Of a stretch of 32,000 nt of DNA, positions 1 to 7,558 are shown one piece after another. The position numbers were made by a program, and so were the translations under genes. Under the pieces are notes generated by a model. That model was not told the origin of the DNA and did no database searches. It saw only the letters and a program-made list of their open reading frames with translations. Each line of letters begins with the position of its first letter. The first letter of the stretch is position 1. The DNA is from an archaeon (GTDB taxonomy: Archaea > Iainarchaeota > Iainarchaeia > Iainarchaeales > CSSED10-239): contig JBBABY010000005.1 of NCBI GenBank assembly GCA_041657425.1, forward strand, positions 1 through 32,000, read 5' to 3'.

Positions 1-190
1 GAAAACTTTGCAGCAAGAGCTTTAATCTTAAGCAATCAACGCTATGTAAGTTCGACAAAACTAAATTGTAAGTTAATTACTTACAATTTTCTTTCTTTTT
101 CTTTTTTTAGTTTAATTTTTTTCTTGTGATGTGACTGGATTTTATAATTTAGAGGTCATTAAATGGATCATTGGTAATGCACAAAAAATC
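1..190 (+). repeat. Direct repeat copy 1 (cut by the window edge) of a ~190-210 bp unit repeated at 1838-2048
   Basis: Aligned by eye to 1838-2048. Shared blocks are gaaaa(a)ctttgcagcaagagctttaatc, a hairpin plus T-tract, and tttcttgNNatRtgactRgattYtataattta...attaaatggRtcattKgtaatg..aaaaatc. Identity is roughly 80% with one indel block. Confidence 0.85.
63..108 (+). terminator. Hairpin (11-bp stem) followed by a T-rich tract; terminator-like
   Basis: aaattgtaagt (63-73) pairs perfectly with acttacaattt (79-89), loop taatt, followed by tctttctttttcttttttt. It probably terminates a gene ending upstream of or at the window start. Confidence 0.6.
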
Positions 191-305
191 CATATTTGTG
201 CAACCCCACTGCACAATTTAAAACAACCAATTTTGGACACCCGAGTATTATACTTCTTACTCCAAAATAACACTATTTTTAAATATATCTTATTATATCT
301 TATTT

Positions 306-1745
306 ATGACCATAGATAAAAAATTTATTAATAGAGAGAAGGAATTACTATTCTTAAATAAATTATATAAAAACAATAACGCTGATTTATTTATACTCTA
401 TGGGAGAAGAAGAATAGGTAAAACTCAATTATCTTTAGAGTTTTTAAAAAATAAGATAGGCACATACTATATGTGTAGTGAAGAGGGAGATATAATAAAT
501 ATTAAAAGCTTTCAAAAAGAATTATCTGCAATCGCAGGTAATGGATTTAATAATTTAAAAATAGATAGCTGGTATGATTTATTTTCAATATTTTTTAAAT
601 TTTATACAAAACCAGAAAAAATAATTATAGTTATTGATGAATTTCCTTATTTGATTAAAAAGAATTCAAGCATCCCTTCCATTTTTCAAAAGTTATGGGA
701 TGAACAATTAATTAATAAAAATATACTTTTAATCTTAACTGGCTCGTCAATTTCAATTATGGAGAAAAAAGTATTAAATATCAAAAGTCCATTATACGGA
801 AGAAGAACTGCACAATGGAATTTAGAGCCAATTCCATTTAAGCACATTTCTTCATTTCTACCAAAACATAATTTAATTGATTTATGTAAACTTTATTTTG
901 TATTTGGAGGCATTCCTGCATATTTACAAAAATTAAATCAAGATTGTTCATTTGAAACTAATATTATTGAACAAATATTTACTAAAGGAAATTTCTTAAA
1001 TCAAGAAGGTAATCTTCTTTTAAATTACGAATTTACAGAAACCACAAATTATAAATTAATTTTAAGTGCAATTTCACAAGGCAATCAAAAACAAAAAGAA
1101 ATAGTTGACTTTACACATTTGGATTATTCCTTGGTTTCTAAATATTTATTTGTTTTAAAGAACCTCTCTATAATTATTGAAGAAATACCTATAACTGAAA
1201 GTAAAAGCTTTAAAGGCAGATTATATAAAATAAAAGATAATTATTTGCAATTTTGGTTTAGATATTTATTCTCTGATTCATCATATATTGAATCACATGA
1301 ACCAAATGAGATATATAACTTTTATAAAAATGATCTAGATAATTATTTTGGATATAAATTTGAAGATTTAATTAAAGAATTATTTATAGGTTATCAATTG
1401 CCCACAAAAAATAAATATAATTTATTTGGTAGAGTTTGGGGTAAAATGCCTTTAAAATATATAACTGATAAAAACAAATCAACATATGAGATTGACATCG
1501 TGGGTGTAGACAGTATTACAAAACAAAATATACTTTTTTGCGAAGTCAAGTGGCAAGATAAAGTTAATGCAAAAGTAGTTGCAAATGAGTTAATTTTGAA
1601 ATCTAAATATGTAAAATGGGGTCTAAAGGATCGCTGTGAAGAATTCATTATTATTGCAAAAAGTTTCTCAAGTAAAATAGATCAAATTAACGACATTAAA
1701 ATAACTTGTCTTGATTTAAAGGATATTAGTACTTTTCTTAAATAA
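306..1745 (+). CDS. Archaeal AAA-type ATPase (Arch_ATPase / COG1672-like) with a DUF234-type C-terminal PD-(D/E)XK-like module
   Basis: Walker A is YGRRRIGKTQL and Walker B is IIVIDEFPYL. The C-terminal YEIDIVGVD...LFCEVKWQDK fits a D...ExK nuclease-fold motif. Size (479 aa) is typical of the family. Confidence 0.8.
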   Translation: MTIDKKFINREKELLFLNKLYKNNNADLFILYGRRRIGKTQLSLEFLKNKIGTYYMCSEEGDIINIKSFQKELSAIAGNGFNNLKIDSWYDLFSIFFKFYTKPEKIIIVIDEFPYLIKKNSSIPSIFQKLWDEQLINKNILLILTGSSISIMEKKVLNIKSPLYGRRTAQWNLEPIPFKHISSFLPKHNLIDLCKLYFVFGGIPAYLQKLNQDCSFETNIIEQIFTKGNFLNQEGNLLLNYEFTETTNYKLILSAISQGNQKQKEIVDFTHLDYSLVSKYLFVLKNLSIIIEEIPITESKSFKGRLYKIKDNYLQFWFRYLFSDSSYIESHEPNEIYNFYKNDLDNYFGYKFEDLIKELFIGYQLPTKNKYNLFGRVWGKMPLKYITDKNKSTYEIDIVGVDSITKQNILFCEVKWQDKVNAKVVANELILKSKYVKWGLKDRCEEFIIIAKSFSSKIDQINDIKITCLDLKDISTFLK

Positions 1746-1760
1746 TGTTACACCAGATAA

Positions 1761-1886
1761 AGCATAGGAGATTACGTAATGGGTAAAGTTGCTAACGGCG
1801 ACATAGTTGTTGCAGGTTATACAAGCATGCTGATACAGAAAAACTTTGCAGCAAGAGCTTTAATCGTAGAAATCAACAAAATATAA
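1761..1886 (+). pseudogene. Possible duplicated 3' fragment of an unknown gene (open frame SIGDYVMGKVANGDIVVAGYTSMLIQKNFAARALIVEINKI)
   Basis: This GC-richer, coding-looking stretch runs into repeat copy 2. The same ..NFAARALI.. sequence is at the window start (1-30), where the intact gene presumably ends. Confidence 0.35.
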
Positions 1887-2048
1887 GTTGTAAAAACTAA
1901 ATTGTAAAGCTAATAACTTTACAATTTTCTTTCTTTTTCTTTTTTTGAGCCCGTAACGCTTGAGCTCGCGCGCAATGGTTTCTTGCTATATGACTAGATT
2001 CTATAATTTATAGCTTATTAAATGGGTCATTTGTAATGACGAAAAATC
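1838..2048 (+). repeat. Direct repeat copy 2 of the unit at 1-190, carrying a 32-nt GC-rich insertion (1947-1978)
   Basis: See the copy 1 alignment. The insertion is gagcccgtaacgcttgagctcgcgcgcaatgg, where copy 1 has agtttaattttt. Confidence 0.85.
1899..1946 (+). terminator. Hairpin plus T-tract, paralogous to 63-108 with compensatory stem changes
   Basis: aaattgtaaag (1899-1909) pairs perfectly with ctttacaattt (1917-1927), then ttctttctttttcttttttt. Both arms differ from copy 1 but pairing is preserved. Confidence 0.6.
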
Positions 2049-2077
2049 AAGAAATGTGTCATTTACAGTAACACAAT

Positions 2078-2135
2078 AGTGAATGCATTTTATCATTCAC
2101 TTTATATAAATAGTGAATGCATTTTGCCATTCACT
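2078..2135 (+). promoter_or_regulatory. Two tandem 24-bp inverted-repeat boxes (AGTGAAT-N10-ATTCACT); candidate operator sites upstream of the surface-protein operon
   Basis: agtgaatgcattttatcattcact is at 2078-2101 and agtgaatgcattttgccattcact at 2112-2135, 34 bp centre to centre and 22/24 identical. Confidence 0.55.
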
Positions 2136-2387
2136 TTTTAAATATCATTAGTCAACCACTACTAATTCGTGTATAAACCAAAAATTTATTTTTGTAGCTA
2201 TTACTCTAGAATAAATCTATTAACTATAAGGAAATACAGTTAATTTTTTTTAAGTTAAGTTTATAAATACAATGATGCTATAAATATAGCAATTGTCATA
2301 CGGTTATTTATCAATTTATTATACTAATATATTACTTAAAAAAAGTAATAAGAGATATAAATCTAAATTTAACGGGAGATAAAGTAA

Positions 2388-5300
2388 ATGAATAAAAGTA
2401 TCATATCAAAACTAATTTTAGGAATGTTTTTAATATATTTTATTGGTAGCGTATTTGCTATTTGTCCAGTAACGTCTAGTGATGTAAGTATAACTGCTCC
2501 ATTAGCAGGAAATAAATGGGGTGGTACACAAAATGTCACTTGGGAAATATTAAATGGAAAAGATAATACAGAGTGTATGTATTCAATTTATTATACAATT
2601 GATTCTGAAAATTGGGTGTCTATCGCAATGACAGGGGATAATGTTACTAGTTATTCTTGGGATACAAGTTCTCGAGATGATGGGACAAATTATAAAGTTG
2701 GATTTTTTATAGACGGAGCATTCAACGTAATGAGTGGAATATTTACTATTGATAATACTTTACCAACAATAAATAGTATTGTTTTAGGCAGAGATACATT
2801 CACTGCCACTAATAATTCGACCACAATAACGTTTACATTTAGTGAAGCAGTAACTGGCTTTACTACGGAAGATATAAGTGTAGCTAATGGAGAAATATCC
2901 GGATTTACAGTGACTGGAAATCCTTTAATTTATACTGCAACTTTTACAGCAGATCCAAATAAAAAAGATGCAGAAAATACAATAATTGTTGGAACCGACT
3001 GGAATGATCTTGCATTAAATGCTCCATTAGCAGGTTTGACTTCTGGTAATTATACAATTAATACTGTAAGACCAACATTAGAAATTACTTTAAGCGATAA
3101 CGCATTAAAGATAGGAGATACTTCAACAGCAACTTTAACTTTTAGTGAAGAGCCTACAAATTTCACAATCGATGATATAATAACTCACGAGAATGGAACA
3201 GTTGGTGATTTTAATAATGACACTGGAGACCCATTAGTATTTACTGTAGTATTTACCCCAACAGCAGATGTTGAAGATGCAGTAAATACAATTACAACAG
3301 GAACGGATTGGACAAACGCAGCAGGTAATCCACCCGCAGAAGGATCAACATCTCCAAATTATACAATCGATACATTAAGACCAACAGTAGGAATTGTTCT
3401 TGCAGATGCTGCATTAAAAGTAGGAGAAACTTCATTAGTAACAATTACTTTTAACGAAGCAGTAACTGGTTTTGATAACGATGACATTACGACAATTGCC
3501 AATGGAATATTAACCGATGTAAATACTACCGATAATATAATTTGGTTAGCAACATTTGAACCAACAGACGATATAGAAGATACATCTAATGTAATCACAA
3601 TTACAAAAACAGGAGTTGCAGATCTTGCAGGTAATGCTGGAGCAAGTACAACTAGTTCTGGCAATTATGAAATAGATACAAAAGAACCAATATTAACAAT
3701 AACAATGGATGATAATGAATTAAATTATGGAGATACAGCAACAGTAACATTTACATTTAGTGAAGCGCCAACAGGGTTTGCTACAGCAGATGTAACAGTA
3801 ATTACAGGCGCAATAGGAACAATAACTGATACAAATGTACTTGAACAAACCGCAGTATTAACACCAACTTCAAGTAGGACTGTTGCATTAAATACAGTTA
3901 GTGTTTCAAGAGCTTGGACAGATGCTGCAGGAAATGCTCCTGAAGCAATTACTTATTCAGCAAATTATTCTGTTGACACAATGAGACCAACACCATTTTT
4001 TCTCAATCCTCCATCATCTCCAACAAATGATTCTCCAATGAGTATAAAAGTATCATTTAGTGAAGGCGTTACTACATTTATTGAAGGAGACATAGATATA
4101 GTAAACGGAACAATTGATGAAAGTTCTTTTACGGCAGTAAGCGATGCTACATATGATTTTAATGTAACCCCCACAGCCGATGGAGCAGTTACATTTAATA
4201 TTGCCGCAGATAAAGCAATAGATGCTGCAGGTAATGCAAACACAGCTGCAACACAATTAAGTATTATTTACGATGGCACAGCGCCAGATGTAACAAGTAT
4301 TGTTTTAGCAGATACTGCACTAAAAGCAGGAGAAACTTCATTAGTAACAATTACATTTACAGAAGCAGTAACTGGTTTTGCAAATGCAGACATTACAACA
4401 ATAGATAATGGTATATTAACAACAGTAGCAACTTCCGATAATATAGTTTTTACTGCAACATTTACTCCATCAATAAATACAGATGATAATGAGAATGTAA
4501 TCACAATTACGGAAAGTGGTTTAACTGATCTTGCAGGAACTGCAGGAGTTGGAACAACAAGTTCAGCAAATTATGCAATTGACACATTAAGACCAACACT
4601 TGCAATTACCATTGCAGATAATGATTTAATTATTGGGGAGACAACAACAGCAACTTTTACATTTAGTGAAGTACCAACAGAATTTGCAACAGCAGATGTA
4701 ACTGTTGGTAATGGAGCAATAGGAGCAATTAATGCAACTAATCCACTTATACAAACAGCAACATTAACTCCAAGTAGTGGTATAGAAGATATTACAAATG
4801 TAATAAGTGTTGCAACAAGTTGGGCAGACCCTGCGGGTAATGTTCCTGCGGCAGTTTCGGCGTCAGCAAATTATGTAGTTCATACAGATGTTAATGCTCC
4901 AACAATTACAATTACAAGTGATGCAAATGATACAACTGAAAATAGTGCAACAATTTCAGCAGATATAAATGATTTATCTGGAGGGACTTTAGATGTTTGG
5001 ACTATTGTTTCAGAAACCGGAACATCAAATATGTTTGTAGCACCAACAAGAACATATAGTGCAGGAACAGATATTGAATATGACATAAATAATTTAGATG
5101 CAAACACAGATTATAACTACACAATGTATGTAAGAGATATAGTTGGGAATTTAGGAAATGCAACAGGGACATTTACAACACAAGCATCTTCTGATGATAC
5201 AACAGAACCAACAGTTTCAATAACAGTTTCAGATATTTTCTGGGATGGTGTATATATTAATGCAAATATAGCAGATGATTCTAACAGTCTTTTAGAAGTA

Positions 5301-5855
5301 TGGTTAGAATACACTGACGGGAATAATACATCAATAGAATCTCCAATCTATATGAATGAAGGTTCAATTTCAATGGCCATAGGTGGATTAACAGAAAATA
5401 CAGATTATAACATAACAATGTATGTAAGAGATTCATCAGGTAATGTAAATAACGACACAGATAGTTTCAAAACTGATGTAAATGGTCCAGAAGATTATGC
5501 AATTGATTTCCCTAAATCAGGAAGTGGATTCACGTCTGTTTTCTTTGGAGATTTACTTGCAGAATTTGAATTAGAAGGTATGGCGAATTGGGATGAAAAT
5601 TTAGTAATGGATGATTTCCTAAATGCAACAACAGGCCCTGATGAAGAAAGATTAACAAGCGATTTAGTAAATGTCGTATATGTTTACAACTTTGTAGACA
5701 ATGCATGGGATACGATTGATGATGTAGAAGATACAAACTTTTCATCTTATAATATGCAAGATAATTTTACATCATTAAATTATGTTGTGTTTGATTTAGA
5801 GAACGAAGCATTACATAAATCAATTAGACACATGCCAGTTGAAGAAGCAGAATAA
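2388..5855 (+). CDS. Large secreted surface/adhesin-like protein with about 8 tandem Ig-like (Big-type) domains and 2 FN3-like modules
   Basis: N-terminal signal-like segment is MNKSIISKLILGMFLIYFIGSVFA. A ~100-aa unit recurs: (T/L)RPT..I.L.D..L..G.T...TFTFSE..TGF...D.....G.....YTATFTP......N.I.V....D.AGN......S.NY.IDT. It is Thr/Ala/Asn rich, has no C-terminal TM segment, and GGGAGA lies upstream of the ATG. Confidence 0.85.
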   Translation: MNKSIISKLILGMFLIYFIGSVFAICPVTSSDVSITAPLAGNKWGGTQNVTWEILNGKDNTECMYSIYYTIDSENWVSIAMTGDNVTSYSWDTSSRDDGTNYKVGFFIDGAFNVMSGIFTIDNTLPTINSIVLGRDTFTATNNSTTITFTFSEAVTGFTTEDISVANGEISGFTVTGNPLIYTATFTADPNKKDAENTIIVGTDWNDLALNAPLAGLTSGNYTINTVRPTLEITLSDNALKIGDTSTATLTFSEEPTNFTIDDIITHENGTVGDFNNDTGDPLVFTVVFTPTADVEDAVNTITTGTDWTNAAGNPPAEGSTSPNYTIDTLRPTVGIVLADAALKVGETSLVTITFNEAVTGFDNDDITTIANGILTDVNTTDNIIWLATFEPTDDIEDTSNVITITKTGVADLAGNAGASTTSSGNYEIDTKEPILTITMDDNELNYGDTATVTFTFSEAPTGFATADVTVITGAIGTITDTNVLEQTAVLTPTSSRTVALNTVSVSRAWTDAAGNAPEAITYSANYSVDTMRPTPFFLNPPSSPTNDSPMSIKVSFSEGVTTFIEGDIDIVNGTIDESSFTAVSDATYDFNVTPTADGAVTFNIAADKAIDAAGNANTAATQLSIIYDGTAPDVTSIVLADTALKAGETSLVTITFTEAVTGFANADITTIDNGILTTVATSDNIVFTATFTPSINTDDNENVITITESGLTDLAGTAGVGTTSSANYAIDTLRPTLAITIADNDLIIGETTTATFTFSEVPTEFATADVTVGNGAIGAINATNPLIQTATLTPSSGIEDITNVISVATSWADPAGNVPAAVSASANYVVHTDVNAPTITITSDANDTTENSATISADINDLSGGTLDVWTIVSETGTSNMFVAPTRTYSAGTDIEYDINNLDANTDYNYTMYVRDIVGNLGNATGTFTTQASSDDTTEPTVSITVSDIFWDGVYINANIADDSNSLLEVWLEYTDGNNTSIESPIYMNEGSISMAIGGLTENTDYNITMYVRDSSGNVNNDTDSFKTDVNGPEDYAIDFPKSGSGFTSVFFGDLLAEFELEGMANWDENLVMDDFLNATTGPDEERLTSDLVNVVYVYNFVDNAWDTIDDVEDTNFSSYNMQDNFTSLNYVVFDLENEALHKSIRHMPVEEAE
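2754..4880 (+). repeat. Intragenic tandem array of ~300-bp units encoding Ig-like domains
   Basis: Units start near 2754, 3065, 3370, 3670, 3970, 4270 and 4575. Units 3370-3670 and 4270-4570 are about 80% identical at the DNA level by eye, as are 3670-3970 and 4575-4875. Confidence 0.8.
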
Positions 5856-5879
5856 AGAAAAAAGTGGAAAAATTAAAAA

Positions 5880-5885
5880 GAGGAG
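5880..5885 (+). promoter_or_regulatory. Shine-Dalgarno-like site GAGGAG
   Basis: gaggag lies 6 nt upstream of the ATG at 5892. Confidence 0.5.
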
Positions 5886-5891
5886 AATGAT

Positions 5892-7067
5892 ATGATAAAT
5901 TATAAAAAATTAATTAAAACACTTTTTTTATTTTTCTTTATTGGTATTTTAACTGGGGTGGTTTTCGCTTATGGGCCATTAACTGAACCTTGCTGGATTA
6001 AAGGAACAGCAACAGCGGGAGCAGGAATTACTACTGTTGAAGGTTTAACAGTGGAGGCTTATGACGGTAGCACTTTATTAAAAAGTGGAATTATTGCATC
6101 AGGTGCATTCAGTTTAAATTCAATTGGTGCAAATGATGGAGATACAATTTCTATTAAAGTTTATGGGGCAGAGTTTGATACATTTACTTTTGAAGGCTTT
6201 TGTAAAACTGGAGAAAATCCATGGATTGTTTTAAATGCAATAACAATTGCAAAACAAGCAAACGGAGTAAGTTGTTCAAATAATGCAATTTGTACAAGCG
6301 GATATTGTAATTCAAGTAATGTTTGTGCAACAGAAGTAACAGGTGGCGGCGGAAGTAGTTCCGGAGGATTAACAACACTAACAACTACAACCGAAACTTA
6401 TAGTTCAATAGACTCCCCAAGTGCTTCAGAGATAAGAGAGTTATTAGTAAGTACAGGACTTAGTACAAATGAAATACAAGCTTATGTTGATGCAATAAAT
6501 TCAGGACTATTAAGTATTACTACAACTCTTAATGTTGTAAAAACAGGCACGGGTAGTTCAGCAACTTATAAATCTACTTTTACAATTACTATAAGAAATA
6601 ATTCAGGAAGTAATATGGAAGACATAACTGTTGTTCAAGTAATACCTAAAAATATTGCAAGTGATGCTTCTCAAATAATATCATTAACACAATATAGAGT
6701 ATTAGTTGCAGACCCAGTATTAGAATTTACTATTGCCTCATTAAATGCAGGGCAATATGCAACAATTATTTATTCAATTAAAGATAATGTTACAGAAGCA
6801 GAATTTAAAAGCATGTCAGGAGCAGTAGCAAAAGGAACAGTTGTTGAAGCAACACCTATCCCAGTAACTGAAGAAGTAATTGAAGAAATAGACACCACAC
6901 CAAATACTACGCCAGATACAGGATATACAGATACTGGATATATAGATACAACAATTAAGAAATCAAATAACAATTGGATTTATTGGTTAATTGGAATTGT
7001 TATCGTTTTAACAGTTGTTAGGATTTTATTCTTTAAGAAGAATAATCATAGAAGAAAAAGATTATAA
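5892..7067 (+). CDS. Membrane-anchored surface protein (signal peptide, Cys-rich knot, Gly/Ser/Thr linker, C-terminal TM plus basic tail)
   Basis: N-terminus is LFLFFFIGILTGVVFAYG. It has GVSCSNNAICTSGYCNSSNVCA, a GGGGSSSGGLTTLTTTTET linker, and the C-terminal WIYWLIGIVIVLTVVRILFF followed by KKNNHRRKRL. It sits 37 bp downstream of the adhesin gene. Confidence 0.7.
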   Translation: MINYKKLIKTLFLFFFIGILTGVVFAYGPLTEPCWIKGTATAGAGITTVEGLTVEAYDGSTLLKSGIIASGAFSLNSIGANDGDTISIKVYGAEFDTFTFEGFCKTGENPWIVLNAITIAKQANGVSCSNNAICTSGYCNSSNVCATEVTGGGGSSSGGLTTLTTTTETYSSIDSPSASEIRELLVSTGLSTNEIQAYVDAINSGLLSITTTLNVVKTGTGSSATYKSTFTITIRNNSGSNMEDITVVQVIPKNIASDASQIISLTQYRVLVADPVLEFTIASLNAGQYATIIYSIKDNVTEAEFKSMSGAVAKGTVVEATPIPVTEEVIEEIDTTPNTTPDTGYTDTGYIDTTIKKSNNNWIYWLIGIVIVLTVVRILFFKKNNHRRKRL

Positions 7068-7090
7068 AATCTATTTTCTCTTTTTTTATT

Positions 7091-7133
7091 TTTAGTTTAA
7101 TTTTTTTCTTGCCATGTGACTAGATTTTAATTT
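7091..7133 (+). repeat. Third copy of the intergenic motif tttagtttaatttttttcttgNNatgtgactRgatttta (also at 108-146 and, without the leading part, at 1979-2004)
   Basis: 7091-7133 is tttagtttaatttttttcttgccatgtgactagattttaattt, against 108-150 tagtttaatttttttcttgtgatgtgactggattttataattt. Confidence 0.7.
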
Positions 7134-7180
7134 TTGCACTGGACAGGTGGTCCCCCGAAAACGACCCCACTTTCAAAAAC
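7125..7180 (+). repeat. Junction element Y, copy A (CCCCC subtype)
   Basis: tttaatttttgcactggacaggtggtcccccgaaaacgaccccactttcaaaaac; core ttgcactggaca is at 7134-7145. Confidence 0.75.
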
Positions 7181-7209
7181 AATATATTTACAATGTGGAG
7201 GTTGTTTTT

Positions 7210-7515
7210 ATGGACGTAAATAATTCAATAGCAATTTTTGAAAGTAAAAAGATAAGAAGAATCTGGCATGAAGAAGATTGGTGGTTTTCAGTTGTGGATA
7301 TAGTTGGTGCATTGACTGATAGCGATGATTCTAGAAATTATTGGAAAGTTTTAAAATTTAGATTAAAAGAAGAAGGTAGTGAAGTGGTTACAAATTGTAA
7401 CCAGTTGAAATTAGTCGCAGAAGACGGAAAACTAAGAGAAACAGATTGTGCAACTAATCACAAAATTAATATTTTGCACTGGACAACTACTCTAGAAAGG
7501 ATTATAAACTACTAA
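7210..7515 (+). pseudogene. Bro-N / DinD-like (ORF6N-type) gene, C-terminally truncated
   Basis: IAIFESKKIRRIWHEEDWWFSVVDIVGALTDSDDSRNYWKVLKFRLKEEGSEVVTNCNQLKLVAEDGKLRETDCA matches the family pattern as I recall it. The expected continuation (..LFRLIQSIPSPKAEPFK..) is missing and is replaced from about 7463 by junction element copy C. ATG 7210 is preceded by GGAGG. Confidence 0.55.
7464..7500 (+). repeat. Junction element Y, copy C (CTCTAGAAA subtype)
   Basis: aattaatattttgcactggacaactactctagaaagg; core is at 7474-7485. Confidence 0.75.
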
Positions 7516-7558
7516 TTCTAAAGTATATATATACTTTAAAATAATTATATATATTTAA

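Noticed and set aside
131-319. A 62-aa ORF upstream of the ATPase gene.
   Set aside because: It lies wholly inside the intergenic repeat/promoter region and has low-complexity AT-driven composition. The paralogous repeat copy at 1979-2048 does not preserve the frame.
3359-5745. Multiple 60-100-aa antisense or off-frame ORFs inside the adhesin gene (3359-3664, 3965-4243, 4053-4256, 4268-4504, 4880-5107, 5117-5314, 5530-5745).
   Set aside because: They are shadows of the repetitive Thr/Ala/Asn-rich coding strand. They have no independent start context and overlap a clearly coding 1155-aa frame.
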